A DNA stretch of 63,456 nt, counting the filler, from Licmophora abbreviata (Eukaryota): the NCBI GenBank assembly GCA_900291995.1. It is 9 parts of 9 records of this genome, joined end to end, with 100 filler letters (N's around TTAATTAATTAA, not from the genome) between each part and the next. Parts side by side here need not be neighbours in the genome. Positions count along the whole stretch, not along the records: positions 20,141 to 34,464 come from OLMU01000004.1; positions 34,565 to 36,677 come from OLMU01000005.1; positions 36,778 to 54,273 come from OLMU01000006.1; 6 more parts are not named here. The stretch is one strand, 5' to 3'. The notes below the pieces were generated by a model. The model ran no database searches. It was not told the DNA's origin and saw only the letters and a list, made by a program, of their open reading frames with translations. The first letter of the stretch is position 1. The number at the start of each line of letters is the position of its first letter. A program made the translations under genes and the position numbers. Below, in pieces: positions 32,912-43,006 of the stretch.

Positions 32912-35396
32912 CTACTTGCTGGGATCTGCCTTGCCGTCGCCAAGTTCCTCGTATCCGGGCATCACTTTGCCCATGGGAACCTGAAGGATCTTACGCATCT
33001 GCGCCACGTCACCCTTCTTCTTGGCCTTATCGTAGCCCCGAGCTTCCTTCTTGCTGACAGTCTGCCCCCAGAAGTTGGTAGTGGCGTCCTTGTACTTGTC
33101 GCCGTTCGCATTGACGTTGCCGCCGGCCTTGTCCATGACCTCTGATGTCTCGAGCTCTTTTTCGAACTTCTTCTTCCTCGCGACAGCTTTCATGGCCCGT
33201 TCTGATGACACACCCTGAATAATGACTTTTCCGTCGCCGACCACCCATTCTTCCTTACAGACGCTACTGTAGAACTCCTTATTGTGGGAAATCATCAAAA
33301 CAGCGCCACCCCACTGGTTGAGTGCGGCCGAAAGCGCGCCCAGCGCCTCACGATCCAAGTAGTTGGTAGGCTCATCTAAAACGAGAAGATGCGGACAGTT
33401 CCACATGGCCGCGGCTAGGACCAGCTTAACCTTCTGTCCACCACTCAAGCCCCGAATCTTGCCGTATGTGCCAAACTCCTGCGCTAAGCCAAAGTCGTCC
33501 AAATGCTTCTGAATCTCTGTCGTCGTGACGGGACGCAAGTCTAACCCCGCGTCTTTGGCGGCTATCTTTTCGTCCGTCTGTTTGATAAGCTTTTCGAATC
33601 CCAGTGCAAGAAGTTCCTCTCGAGTGTAGTATCGGTTGTCCTTCTCGCGAACGTTGCGTTTCTTTACTTCGTACTCGAGCTTACCGGCACGGATGCGACG
33701 ACTCCAAATGCCTTCCAGCTGGAAATCATCGATAGCCTTTTGCTCTTCCTCATCGATACGGTACCCCTGACTATCGATCTTCTCCTTGTCCCACCCGTCC
33801 TTGAAACGCCACTGGATGTAAGAAACGGGACTATCGTTAATGTGCTCTTCGACGTGATAAAAAGCATGCTGAGCGACGTACGCGACGCGAAGGTTCGGGT
33901 GCGAGTAGAACTTCGCCACGCCAAGATTGCTGGGCTGCGTTTCACCCACAATCATCTTCACGAGTGTCGTTTTCCCCGCTCCGTTGGCACCGAGGATTGC
34001 AATACGAGATGAGAGAGTCAGCTTGAGGGCCACTCCCGCCAAGGTACTGGTAGAGGCGCCAGGGTAGCAAAACTCCACATTTTCCATTTCCAAGAACTTC
34101 TGCGTCGATGTCTTGACGCCTTCCAAGCGGCCAGGATCCGGAAACGTGAACTTTAACCCGTCAGTTGTGGCCAGTTCAAAATAGTGCTTGGCTTGAGGCT
34201 GACGCTTGACAAATTCTGACATTTTACCCTTGTAGTGCACCAACTTGCGATGAGGACCCCACACTTCTCGCTGCTCGTAGTGAATGATATCTGTACAGAT
34301 TTCCTCCATGAACGGTGTGTCGTGCGAAACACATATTACAGTTGTATCCGTCAAACTCTTGAGGTAATCCACCAGCCACGTAACGGTGGAAGTGTCGAGA
34401 TGATTCGTCGGCTCGTCCAACAACAGGATGTCGGCATTCAACAAGACAGCACGGACCAATCGCANNNNNNNNNNNNNNNNNNNNNNNNNNNNNNNNNNNN
34501 NNNNNNNNTTAATTAATTAANNNNNNNNNNNNNNNNNNNNNNNNNNNNNNNNNNNNNNNNNNNNGTCGGCATTCAACAAGACAGCACGGACCAATCGCAA
34601 TTTCATCTGCCAACCACCGGACAAGGACCCAATATTTCCCTCCATCATGGAATCGGTAAATTTGAGTGTTGCCAATGTTCCTCTGCAGTCCTGCTCAGAA
34701 CGCTGAGTCGAATCCAATAGATACTGCAACACGTGACGCGCTTCGTGCGTAGGATCGACATTGCTTCCCGAGTCAACATAGCACGTTTTCAAGTCCATCG
34801 GCCACCCCTCAAGTTTGCCATTGTTAATGGCCGTCATGAGCGTGGTCTTCCCCGACCCATTCTGGCCCACGAGTCCATATCGATGTCCACGCAGGAGACG
34901 AAGCTTGGTCTGGTGAAGCAGAATCTTTCCTCCGTACGCGAGACTGGCGTGCGTAAGAAGGACAATTGAGAGGCGCGATAAAGTGAGTCATAAAGTACTC
35001 TCATCCCCTCGTGACCCTTCACACACTACAAGAATACACATAAACTTCTACTTCTACTCACTTGAAACGAAGGTCGCAGATTTCCTCCGCATCGTCGTCG
35101 TCGTCGTCTCCGTACGACTCTTCGTCGTCCACTCCCAACGACAATGTTTCGGCAGCCTGTCGGAAGGCCTCGAGATCGGCAGGCAAAGTTGCCAGATACG
35201 GCGCCAGCGCCTCCTGCCAGACATCAGGACTAAACTGCTGGGCATCCGCCAATCCAGCTGCTAAGAATGCCACATATGCAAGAATCTCCTGCGTGCCGTC
35301 GTCAGGTGCATCGTCCGTAGGCGCACCGGTGGCGTCCTCGGGAAGCGATTCTCGCAGCAGTCGTAAAATCTCTTGAGGGGGTTCCAGCATAGCCAT
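32912..35396 (-). CDS. Elongation factor 3-like ABC-F ATPase lacking the HEAT domain, 2 exons, split by a false gap
   Basis: Exon 35062..35396, intron 34944..35061, then 34943 down to 32912 after merging the 35-bp overlap; ~743 aa. CDLRFNLAYGGKILL...GQNGSGKT, LSGGWQMKLRL, LLLDEPTNHLD, FTFPDPGRLEGVK, LRVAYVAQHAFYH, chromo-like insert LEYEVK, GLSGGQKVKLVLAAAMW, DEPTNYLDREAL. Confidence 0.9.
34465..34564. other. Artificial linker between overlapping contig ends (35-bp overlap)
   Basis: 34430..34464 is identical to 34565..34599. Confidence 0.97.
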
Positions 35397-35822
35397 GGTA
35401 GGAGTGCTACAAGCGAAATAGAAGTCGGTTCGAAACAAAAAAGGTTAAGGTCGATCAGGAAGCAACAATGACTGACAGATGCGTCGACGCAAGAGCGATG
35501 ACGAGTGACGATCTGCTCTCCTCGTGAGAATATTTCCCTTGCAGGAAAATGAATGGACGACGCCACACCACAGAGATTCTAAAGGCAGATAACCCATTAT
35601 AGAGCACGGTCGGGAGCCAAAAAAGCAAAAAACCTCGTGCTTCTTAGTCGAGTGAGTCGACTCAGCGTCCTGCATTCTTTTGCCGGCGCCGGTCTGTGCG
35701 GTGTGCGGTGCGATATGATCATGGGCAAAAAGATTCGAGTGCGATTGTGCAATGTGCTACCGTCGCCGTTGATGAAGCGTGTTCGACGTTCTGTTCTGTT
35801 TGTCCCTTTGCAACAATCAACA

Positions 35823-36677
35823 ATGAGCTTTGGAGGGGGCTACAATGGCGGAAGAACCCGGATGGTAAGAAAGTAGGTTGCGAATGATGAGAAACATGGC
35901 CTGGACACAGGTCTCTTCCTCCGCATGCGATGCCTACTCGTATACCGGTGCTGCTCCACTGATTGCGGATGGAACACACTGCACTACTGAGTCTCATCGT
36001 TTCTCCAATGATGTATTTTTTTACGTTTCAGGGCACCAAGGTAGTTCTGAATGTGTACGACTTGGCACCCGTCAACGAATTTCTCTATCCCATTGGATTG
36101 GGCTTACACCACAGTGGAGTCGAAATCATGGGTTCGGAATACAGTTTCGCCAGCGGGGGCGGGGTGTTCGAATCGACTCCTAAGGAAGCCCCCGGTGCCA
36201 AGTTTCGAGAGCAATTGGAGCTGGGCGCCTTTGACGGAGGACAAGCCGAACTACAGCGGGCCCTGTCGGATGTGCGACAGTCGTTTGGGCCAGACGACTA
36301 CAACCTGGTTAGGAGGAACTGTAATCACTTTGCCAGTGCACTCGTATGGCGTCTTCTCGAAAGGCGACTTCCGGCACATGTCAACCGATTGGCGGATCTC
36401 GGCGTGTGCTGCTCATGTCTCTTGCCCAAGAAACTCTTGGAACACGCGCCAGTTGGAGATCCGAATAGCGAGAGTGGTGGAAGCCGTGGGTTCTCCGCTT
36501 CGGCGGGTGGACGCGGAATCGCTGGCAGTGCCAAGGTAGCGGCCTTTTCTGGATCTGGGGCAACTCTGGGAGGCGGAAGTGCGGAAGCGAGTAGCTCTGG
36601 GGTCGGCAGTCGGCTTCTGGGTGCCGTGAGTCGGCGCTCGTCAGCGCGCTCAGACGACCTGACGGATCGAAGGGAAA
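35823..36677 (+). CDS. PPPDE/DeSI-family deSUMOylating/deubiquitinating peptidase (3'-truncated by gap)
   Basis: join(35823..35864,36032..>36677); VVLNVYDL...GLHHSGVEIMGSEYSF...YNLVRRNCNHFA...PAHVNRLA. Confidence 0.9.
35880..35966 (+). ncRNA. Candidate intronic box C/D snoRNA
   Basis: Perfect C box ATGATGA (35884-35890), D box CTGA (35959-35962), short terminal stem GCGA/TTGC, inside an unusually long 167-bp intron; no target identified. Confidence 0.35.
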
Positions 36678-36777
36678 NNNNNNNNNNNNNNNNNNNNNNN
36701 NNNNNNNNNNNNNNNNNNNNNTTAATTAATTAANNNNNNNNNNNNNNNNNNNNNNNNNNNNNNNNNNNNNNNNNNNN
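36678..36777. other. Artificial scaffold linker
   Basis: N44-TTAATTAATTAA-N44; the 3' ends of both flanking convergent genes are missing. Confidence 0.98.
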
Positions 36778-37764
36778 AGTAGACAAGAAGCACACATCCT
36801 GCTTCTCGGCGTCTACATCAATGTTCTTCTCTGCGACTTTCATCATGAGAAAGACAGTCTCTTGAAGTTCGTCCCGGGCCTTGTCGTAGTAGCCCCGAGC
36901 GTAGTCGACTCGTTCAGATGCTTTCACCAGCAAGTCACCAGTTTCACCAGTGACGACGTCTTTCCCCTCCGTACAGGCCAGCAATGCTTCTGCAATCAAA
37001 ACATTGACTTCTGCCAGCTGTCTTCTGTGCTTCAAGTGATCCAGAGAAAGATCTTCCTTCTCGTGCATGTTCAAGAGCTCTTCTCGATAGGGAAGCGCTC
37101 GAGAGTAGGCATCGGCCGCATCAGGATATTTCGCTTGGAAGGTCAAGACATCCCCAATGCCCAAGAGAAAACGGGGTAGCTGCTCTACTGACCACTGGTT
37201 GAGAGGCGCGCCTTGCTCTCGCTCCTGCTGCACTTGAGCATCCAACACAGACCATGCCGATTCCATCATTTCCAACGCCAGGCTGACATCGTCGTCTTCA
37301 GCATTGTCATTTTCATCCTCAGCTGCTCCGTTAGACTTCGTGTCATCATCTGCGCCGTCTGTACCGGTGACGGAAACCTTTGATTCCTCCTTTGCCTCCT
37401 CTGATTCCCTCTCTACGGCCGCGGGCTTCAAATCGCCATCCGACATTTCGGTCGCCGGCTGTTCGCTCCCCTGCGCCAGGGTCGCTCTCTTCTGTGCCGC
37501 ATCTGCTGCTTTTTCACCAGCATCCTTCGTTTCACTAGCTATCTCATCGCCTTCCTCTTCGGCAGCCTGCATACTCCGAAAAAGGCTATTGCCATACTCA
37601 TAGTAGCACGCAGCAGCATCAATGCTCGTATCTCCATGTCGCGCCAACGTCTCTTCCAGGAGCGTTGCGAAAATATCCACCGCACCTTCCTCGGCTCTTC
37701 CTGACTGAATTAATGTGCGACCCGCTCGAAAGCGTGGGTCGTTCGTTACGGCGGGGGCGGCCAT
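36778..37764 (-). CDS. NASP: NASP/Hif1-like SHNi-TPR histone chaperone (3'-truncated)
   Basis: TPR helices AVDIFATLLE...HGDTSIDAAACYYEYGNSLF, acidic insertion, DVSLALEMMESAWSV, LLGIGDV...YPDAADAYSRAL, RQLAEVNVLIAEAL. Confidence 0.72.
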
Positions 37765-38135
37765 GGGTGTTACCAAGGTGTAGAACGGAATAGCACACGG
37801 CGTCATGGTCGTCGCGATCCAATTTTTCTGCGCGAGCTCTCGAGCTTCCAAAACAAAGATGATGATGTGTCACCCGTGTTGACGATCACGGACGCACGCC
37901 AGATCGCGAAAAGTGAACACAAAAAGCGAAGACAGACGAGCGACGAGACCACGAGACGACGAGAGGCTCTCTGGGCTCTGGCGACGGTCGTTTATATGTT
38001 GTGGCGACGATACGATCGGCGACCCTTGCGTTCTCTTCCACCGTTCAGATTTTCCCTTTCAATCCTCGACTATCAGACCGAGTGATCTTGCCCCTTACCC
38101 GAAAATAAATTGATAAGAAATCCAGTCATCCCAAC

Positions 38136-38585
38136 ATGGTAGACCAACACGCTTATGAACAGCAGCAAGAGGAGATGCTGGAGGAGGAAGAGGACATTCT
38201 GGACATGGAGGACGACGCCCAAGGCCATTCCGAAGAAACTCTCTTGATGAAATTCTGTCCGCACGACTCGTCCATGCTCTATCCGCAGGAAGACAAGAGC
38301 ACCAGAACACTCCGATACGCCTGTCGATTGTGTCGCTACACGGAAGCCTCGCACCAGCCCATGATTTATCGCAATGTGCTCAAAAAGGAAGTCGGCAACG
38401 TTCTAAATTCAGTTCCATCGGCTGTGAGTGATGATCCGACATTGGCTCGATCTCATAACGCCAGCTGTGCCAACTGTGGACACAACGAAGCAGTTTTCTT
38501 TCAGGGAGATACAAGTGACATTCGGAGTGACACCTTGGCGTTGATCTTTGTCTGCTGCAACTGTGACTACAAGTGGGTAAGCTAA
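38136..38585 (+). CDS. RPB9: RNA polymerase II subunit RPB9
   Basis: MKFCPHDSSMLYPQEDK...YACRLCRY...DPTLARS...CANCGHNEAVFFQ...LIFVCCNCDYKW; acidic N-terminal extension. Confidence 0.93.
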   Translation: MVDQHAYEQQQEEMLEEEEDILDMEDDAQGHSEETLLMKFCPHDSSMLYPQEDKSTRTLRYACRLCRYTEASHQPMIYRNVLKKEVGNVLNSVPSAVSDDPTLARSHNASCANCGHNEAVFFQGDTSDIRSDTLALIFVCCNCDYKWVS

Positions 38586-38682
38586 GATTGCGATAGACAA
38601 AATGGGAGGAAGAGAGATAGTCTATCGGGAGTAGCAATATGGTATAGCTAGAAACATTTGAGGCCGGTTAGCGAGTATTGTG

Positions 38683-40077
38683 TCATCTAGTCTTCCCAAA
38701 CGACGACTCGTCTGTTGTGCCAAGTAGTAACTTGGCGCGTTCTGAGCCCACATGTCGAACGAACCGAGGGAACCATTCATGCGGACCGAAATCGCAAGTC
38801 GACCCTTTATCAAAAAAGTAGGAAGATTCAAATGACTCTCTGGTTCCTTCCCGTCGCGCATCATTTCTATCATTGAATCGTTCCCACGAGCCCGAGTAGT
38901 GGTTCGCATAGAGTAGAGCCTCGTACGACGGGATCTTGGGTTTCGGACATATTGAGAAAGGGCGATGAACGTTGCTCTTAGCTCCGTCAAGGATTTCTTC
39001 ATTGAAGCGTGACACGTCAATTGCTGCTTTGCCCCAGGTGTTGACCTGAAAGTCATTCAAATCGTGGCGCTGTGTGAATCGCAAAGATGTCATTCGTGCA
39101 TAATCAATGCCGTTCGCTTTCACAAGCTCTTTTGCCTCTGCCATGGTTGAATCATCACATGTTTTGGTTTCCAGTGCCCCAACTCGTACGCGTTGAATCA
39201 CAACACAGGGTGGTAAGGATGGAATCTTCTCGCGTGCATTGCGCAGCAGCTCGATGGCAGTATAGTTTTCGCTGGGAACCGAATCTATCGACTGTCGCAG
39301 TCGAACAAAATCTCCGACAGTAGCATTTGTGTGATGGTACGACCCAGACTCCATGGTTGCTTTCTCTTCCACGCGATGCCTTTCATCCTCGTCGTTGATT
39401 CGATTCAACATGATGTACTCATCGGGATCCGTATGTGTCACCCAGGTTCGATTCATGGACATCATGAACCTGGTACACTGCGAAACAAAGACATTCTGTC
39501 GCGCCTTAAGCTCGTGATGAGCTTCCTCCTTGTGAGGAGTGTCAATGGGAGCCTCTTGTTGTTGCCATATCCAATACTTCAGGTCGGTGGAGTTCCACCG
39601 TCGCATGACGTCCATGGGATCCTGTGAACTTCCACTGTCGTTGAGTATAACCAAGTGTCGCAGGGGTAGCATAGTATAATGGTATGCGATCCATTCATAC
39701 AGTGCTTCATTGTCATCTTTGACCATGAGGCATGCCCCGAAACTCTCTTCCGGGGGAGATAGTATAGGTGGCGCCGGGGTCGGCGCCGTTGTCGGTGTGA
39801 CGTCTTGACCGATGTCGTTGTTGTCGTTGGCACTCACAGTAGCAGACATGGTCGCTTGTCGTCTCAAATGAGAGGTCACATCTGAAGCGCTGGGATCTTG
39901 TTTCGCAACTTGTGCGACGGATAGGACCGTCTCGTCTGCCTTGAGACGATCACCGTTGGAATCTACCATGGCAGGTGTGAGGGCGAACAACCGCACGCTG
40001 GTGAAGTATCCGCTCAGCATCATGAGCGCCACGAACATAGCAGCAGCCGAGGAAACAGTCCATCGTCGTAGATTCAT
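38683..40077 (-). CDS. Type II membrane glycosyltransferase, GT92/GT2-like (DUF23-like)
   Basis: N-terminal TM anchor, Pro/Thr stem, FGACLMVKDDNEALYEWIAYHY, WVTHTDPDEY (DxD), KAAIDVSR, NHYSGSWE. Confidence 0.75.
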   Translation of the reverse strand: MNLRRWTVSSAAAMFVALMMLSGYFTSVRLFALTPAMVDSNGDRLKADETVLSVAQVAKQDPSASDVTSHLRRQATMSATVSANDNNDIGQDVTPTTAPTPAPPILSPPEESFGACLMVKDDNEALYEWIAYHYTMLPLRHLVILNDSGSSQDPMDVMRRWNSTDLKYWIWQQQEAPIDTPHKEEAHHELKARQNVFVSQCTRFMMSMNRTWVTHTDPDEYIMLNRINDEDERHRVEEKATMESGSYHHTNATVGDFVRLRQSIDSVPSENYTAIELLRNAREKIPSLPPCVVIQRVRVGALETKTCDDSTMAEAKELVKANGIDYARMTSLRFTQRHDLNDFQVNTWGKAAIDVSRFNEEILDGAKSNVHRPFSICPKPKIPSYEALLYANHYSGSWERFNDRNDARREGTRESFESSYFFDKGSTCDFGPHEWFPRFVRHVGSERAKLLLGTTDESSFGKTR

Positions 40078-40339
40078 CCTTCCAGAACAGAGAGAGAGAG
40101 AGAGGCGGACGGAACACCTATTTTCGGCAATCAGCGCGCCATTGTGAGTCATTTCGAAATTCAAAGCTCTCATCATCAGTCGTGACTGACATGATGCGTG
40201 CGCGACTGCGTGAAGACTCTCGTGATTGGATTTCACAAAATGTCGCTTCCACGTGTCATTCCCTCAGCTTCATCCCATCAAGCCGCGCTTGTACGTCTGT
40301 CTCACAACTTGAAACTGCGGGTTTTGTACCAGCAGCACC

Positions 40340-42462
40340 ATGATGAAATCATCTGTTGCCGCCTTGCTGATGGCCTTTGGGTGGCTGTGGGATAGTTCCG
40401 CGTCGTTTGTGATTCCCTTTCGTTCCGATGTAAGGGGCACAGTCTCCGTACCAGTAGTGCGTCAATCACGCGGCCTGGCTTCGAAACGTGAGGACCGCAA
40501 TTACTACGAACTCCAAGAAGACGAAACCTTCTTTGAGACTCGTTTCGACGAGGAAAGTCAGGAAGCACGAGAACTCCAAAATGTGAAGTATGAGGACGAG
40601 GCAGATACTGACTTGGACTATGAGGAAGTGGAACGTCGAGAGAACCCGTCCGCGTACCGGCGGCAATATGAGGAAGAAGAACGATACGATCACCCATACC
40701 AGAACGAGGACTATGAGCAGCTATCAGACCGACCCGACAATGAACAGAACGTGGGGAACTTCTGGTCCAATCCCAAAGATGGTTTTGACCCGCTGCCTTC
40801 GCAGCGACCTAAGAGGCAGCGTTCGTCTCGACGTCCTGCTGCTGGAGATCGGTCGTCCTCACGTCAACCTCGTCGGCGTCGGACTTCCTTTCGATCAGGA
40901 GCTCCGTCGTCTCCGGAAAGCATCATGGATATTTATGAGCGCCTCTTCTGGTATGGCTTTGATGCTGAGGAAAATATGGCAGTTGGAGATAAGACCATGT
41001 TTGGGGGTACAAAAGGAAAGTTCAACGGCCTTCAGTTGTTTGGAGAGAGCACCACCGATAGACCGTCGCGGCGCAGTAGATCAAGAGACGAGACGCCACA
41101 GCAATTTCGAGCCGATGCATGGTACGATGACATGCTGGGGAGTATTGATGAACGAAGACAGTATCCAGACGATGAGGTAGACGATGGAAGGCCCACGCGC
41201 GACTCACATCAAGAAGGGCGGGCGCCCTCACGATCCAGAACTCGGAGAATGGATGATCCATACGACAGAGATGATGTTGACATGGAAAATGCATTCGAAG
41301 AACGAAGGCGACCCAGACGTCGACAGCGCGGTAATCTAGAGAGCGACTGGGTGGCTAAGGAGGTATCAGGCTGGTTTGGAAGCGATGACGAGAATGAAGC
41401 TGAAGACGAGCTCTTGTGGAGGCGCGAGCACAGGAAGCCACGTAAGAGGGACGCGCGAAAGTCCCCTTGGTCGATCACAGAAGTGCTCGACACCATGTTC
41501 GGGGTAGATCGAGATGAGATGGACATGAACGCAGCTGCCTATAATCGACAAATGGGCTTGGGGCCAAAGTCTTCCCGTCCACGGAGTACCGAGCGACGAC
41601 GACGACGCCCCGGCTACGCATATCGATACGACATGGACGATGAGGACGATGCAGAATACAGTTCTCCTTACGTGACAGATGCTGATCCAGTCATTGAGCC
41701 TGTCATTTTGGATGCTGTGGATGTAGAAACTGTCGCTGATGAAGATATAAAAGAGACAAGTCCTGTGAAACAAAAACGAAGTTGGGAAGAGAGGGCAATG
41801 GCCGTTGAGAGAGTTCCTCCAAGCGGAGTCACCGCTTGGGGACCTCTTGGTGAAGTCGGGGTCGATGCCCGAACCAAGGCAACCCTAGATGCCCTGGAAG
41901 AGATTCGATCAGCAACCCGAAACGTTGAGCTCAGCGAGGAGCGTTGCATCGATGCAAAGGAAGACCTTGTGGTACTGAAAGCGTGAGTATCCCCTACTTC
42001 TCTATGTATTATTCGTTTCGTCTAATGACTAACGTTCTCTCGTGTTGTCACTACAGGGACGTGGCACTGCAAAAGAAGCGTCTACAAGCAAGCAATGGAG
42101 ATCCGCGAAGAATTCGATCTAGACTGCGGCAGATGCAAGAGGAAATAGAAGATGCGTCTAGGGTGTTGCGACGCGCCAAGGCTGCGAAAGGGTTGGCTGG
42201 CGATCGTTTGTCGGCACTGGAAGACAAGCACTGGGCACTTCTCAGTCTCTATGACGCCGATAAGGCTTTCCAGGAGGTTGTGGACACGTTTCGAGAATTC
42301 AAGGAGTCGGAACGCGCGACTACGACTTCGGTTACCGATGCTGCGACAAACGACAAAGAGGTTACGGTTGACGATGAAGCTCAAGGCGTTCCGGGGCGCA
42401 CGAAGGATGGACCTGACGACAGGTCAGACGAATCTGATGAAGATACAACCAACTCCTACTAG
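40340..42462 (+). CDS. Probable plastid-targeted, largely disordered acidic/Arg-rich protein with C-terminal coiled coil, 2 exons
   Basis: join(40340..41982,42057..42462); signal peptide ending SAS-FVI; conserved-looking islands YERLFWYGFD, FGGTKGKFNGL, ERVPPSGVTAWGP. Confidence 0.72.
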
Positions 42463-43006
42463 AGAGAGCTGCATCTTATGTTTCCTGGGATAGGTTTTTG
42501 TAAGGACGGCGCAGGTCATCGTCGAGCCGCATGCACCTGTCCGTAGCTCGCAGTCAAATTCGTTCTCCTAACGGTATCATACAACATCGATAGTGGCAGA
42601 CGACGTGGCATCGTCATTGGTTTCTCCCTCTAGTGAACTGTGGAGGTGAGGTCCCAGGCCTAATGCTGTACGTGGGACTGAAAAGCGAGCCGGTCATATG
42701 TAGAGCTTTCCACGAATACACTTTTTAAGTATTTATGTGAAATATATATCTTCAACAATGAATTTATGCATTTCCTTCCAAGACTCATTTGCGATGCATT
42801 TAGTGTGTGACAAAGACGGAGTAGACTCGCGGCAAATTTTGCGAACACGCATGGGAAGCAAGCAAGTCGTGTGTCGTTGTTGTTGCCCATTGCAACCTCT
42901 CACAATTCATGCCGTTTGTTGCCACTCCGAGAAAAGTACGCTCTCCGAAAACGTCTGCTTCGCCCTACGTGTTTGTGGTTCTCGGCATTCAAGCTTTCAT
43001 ACAACC

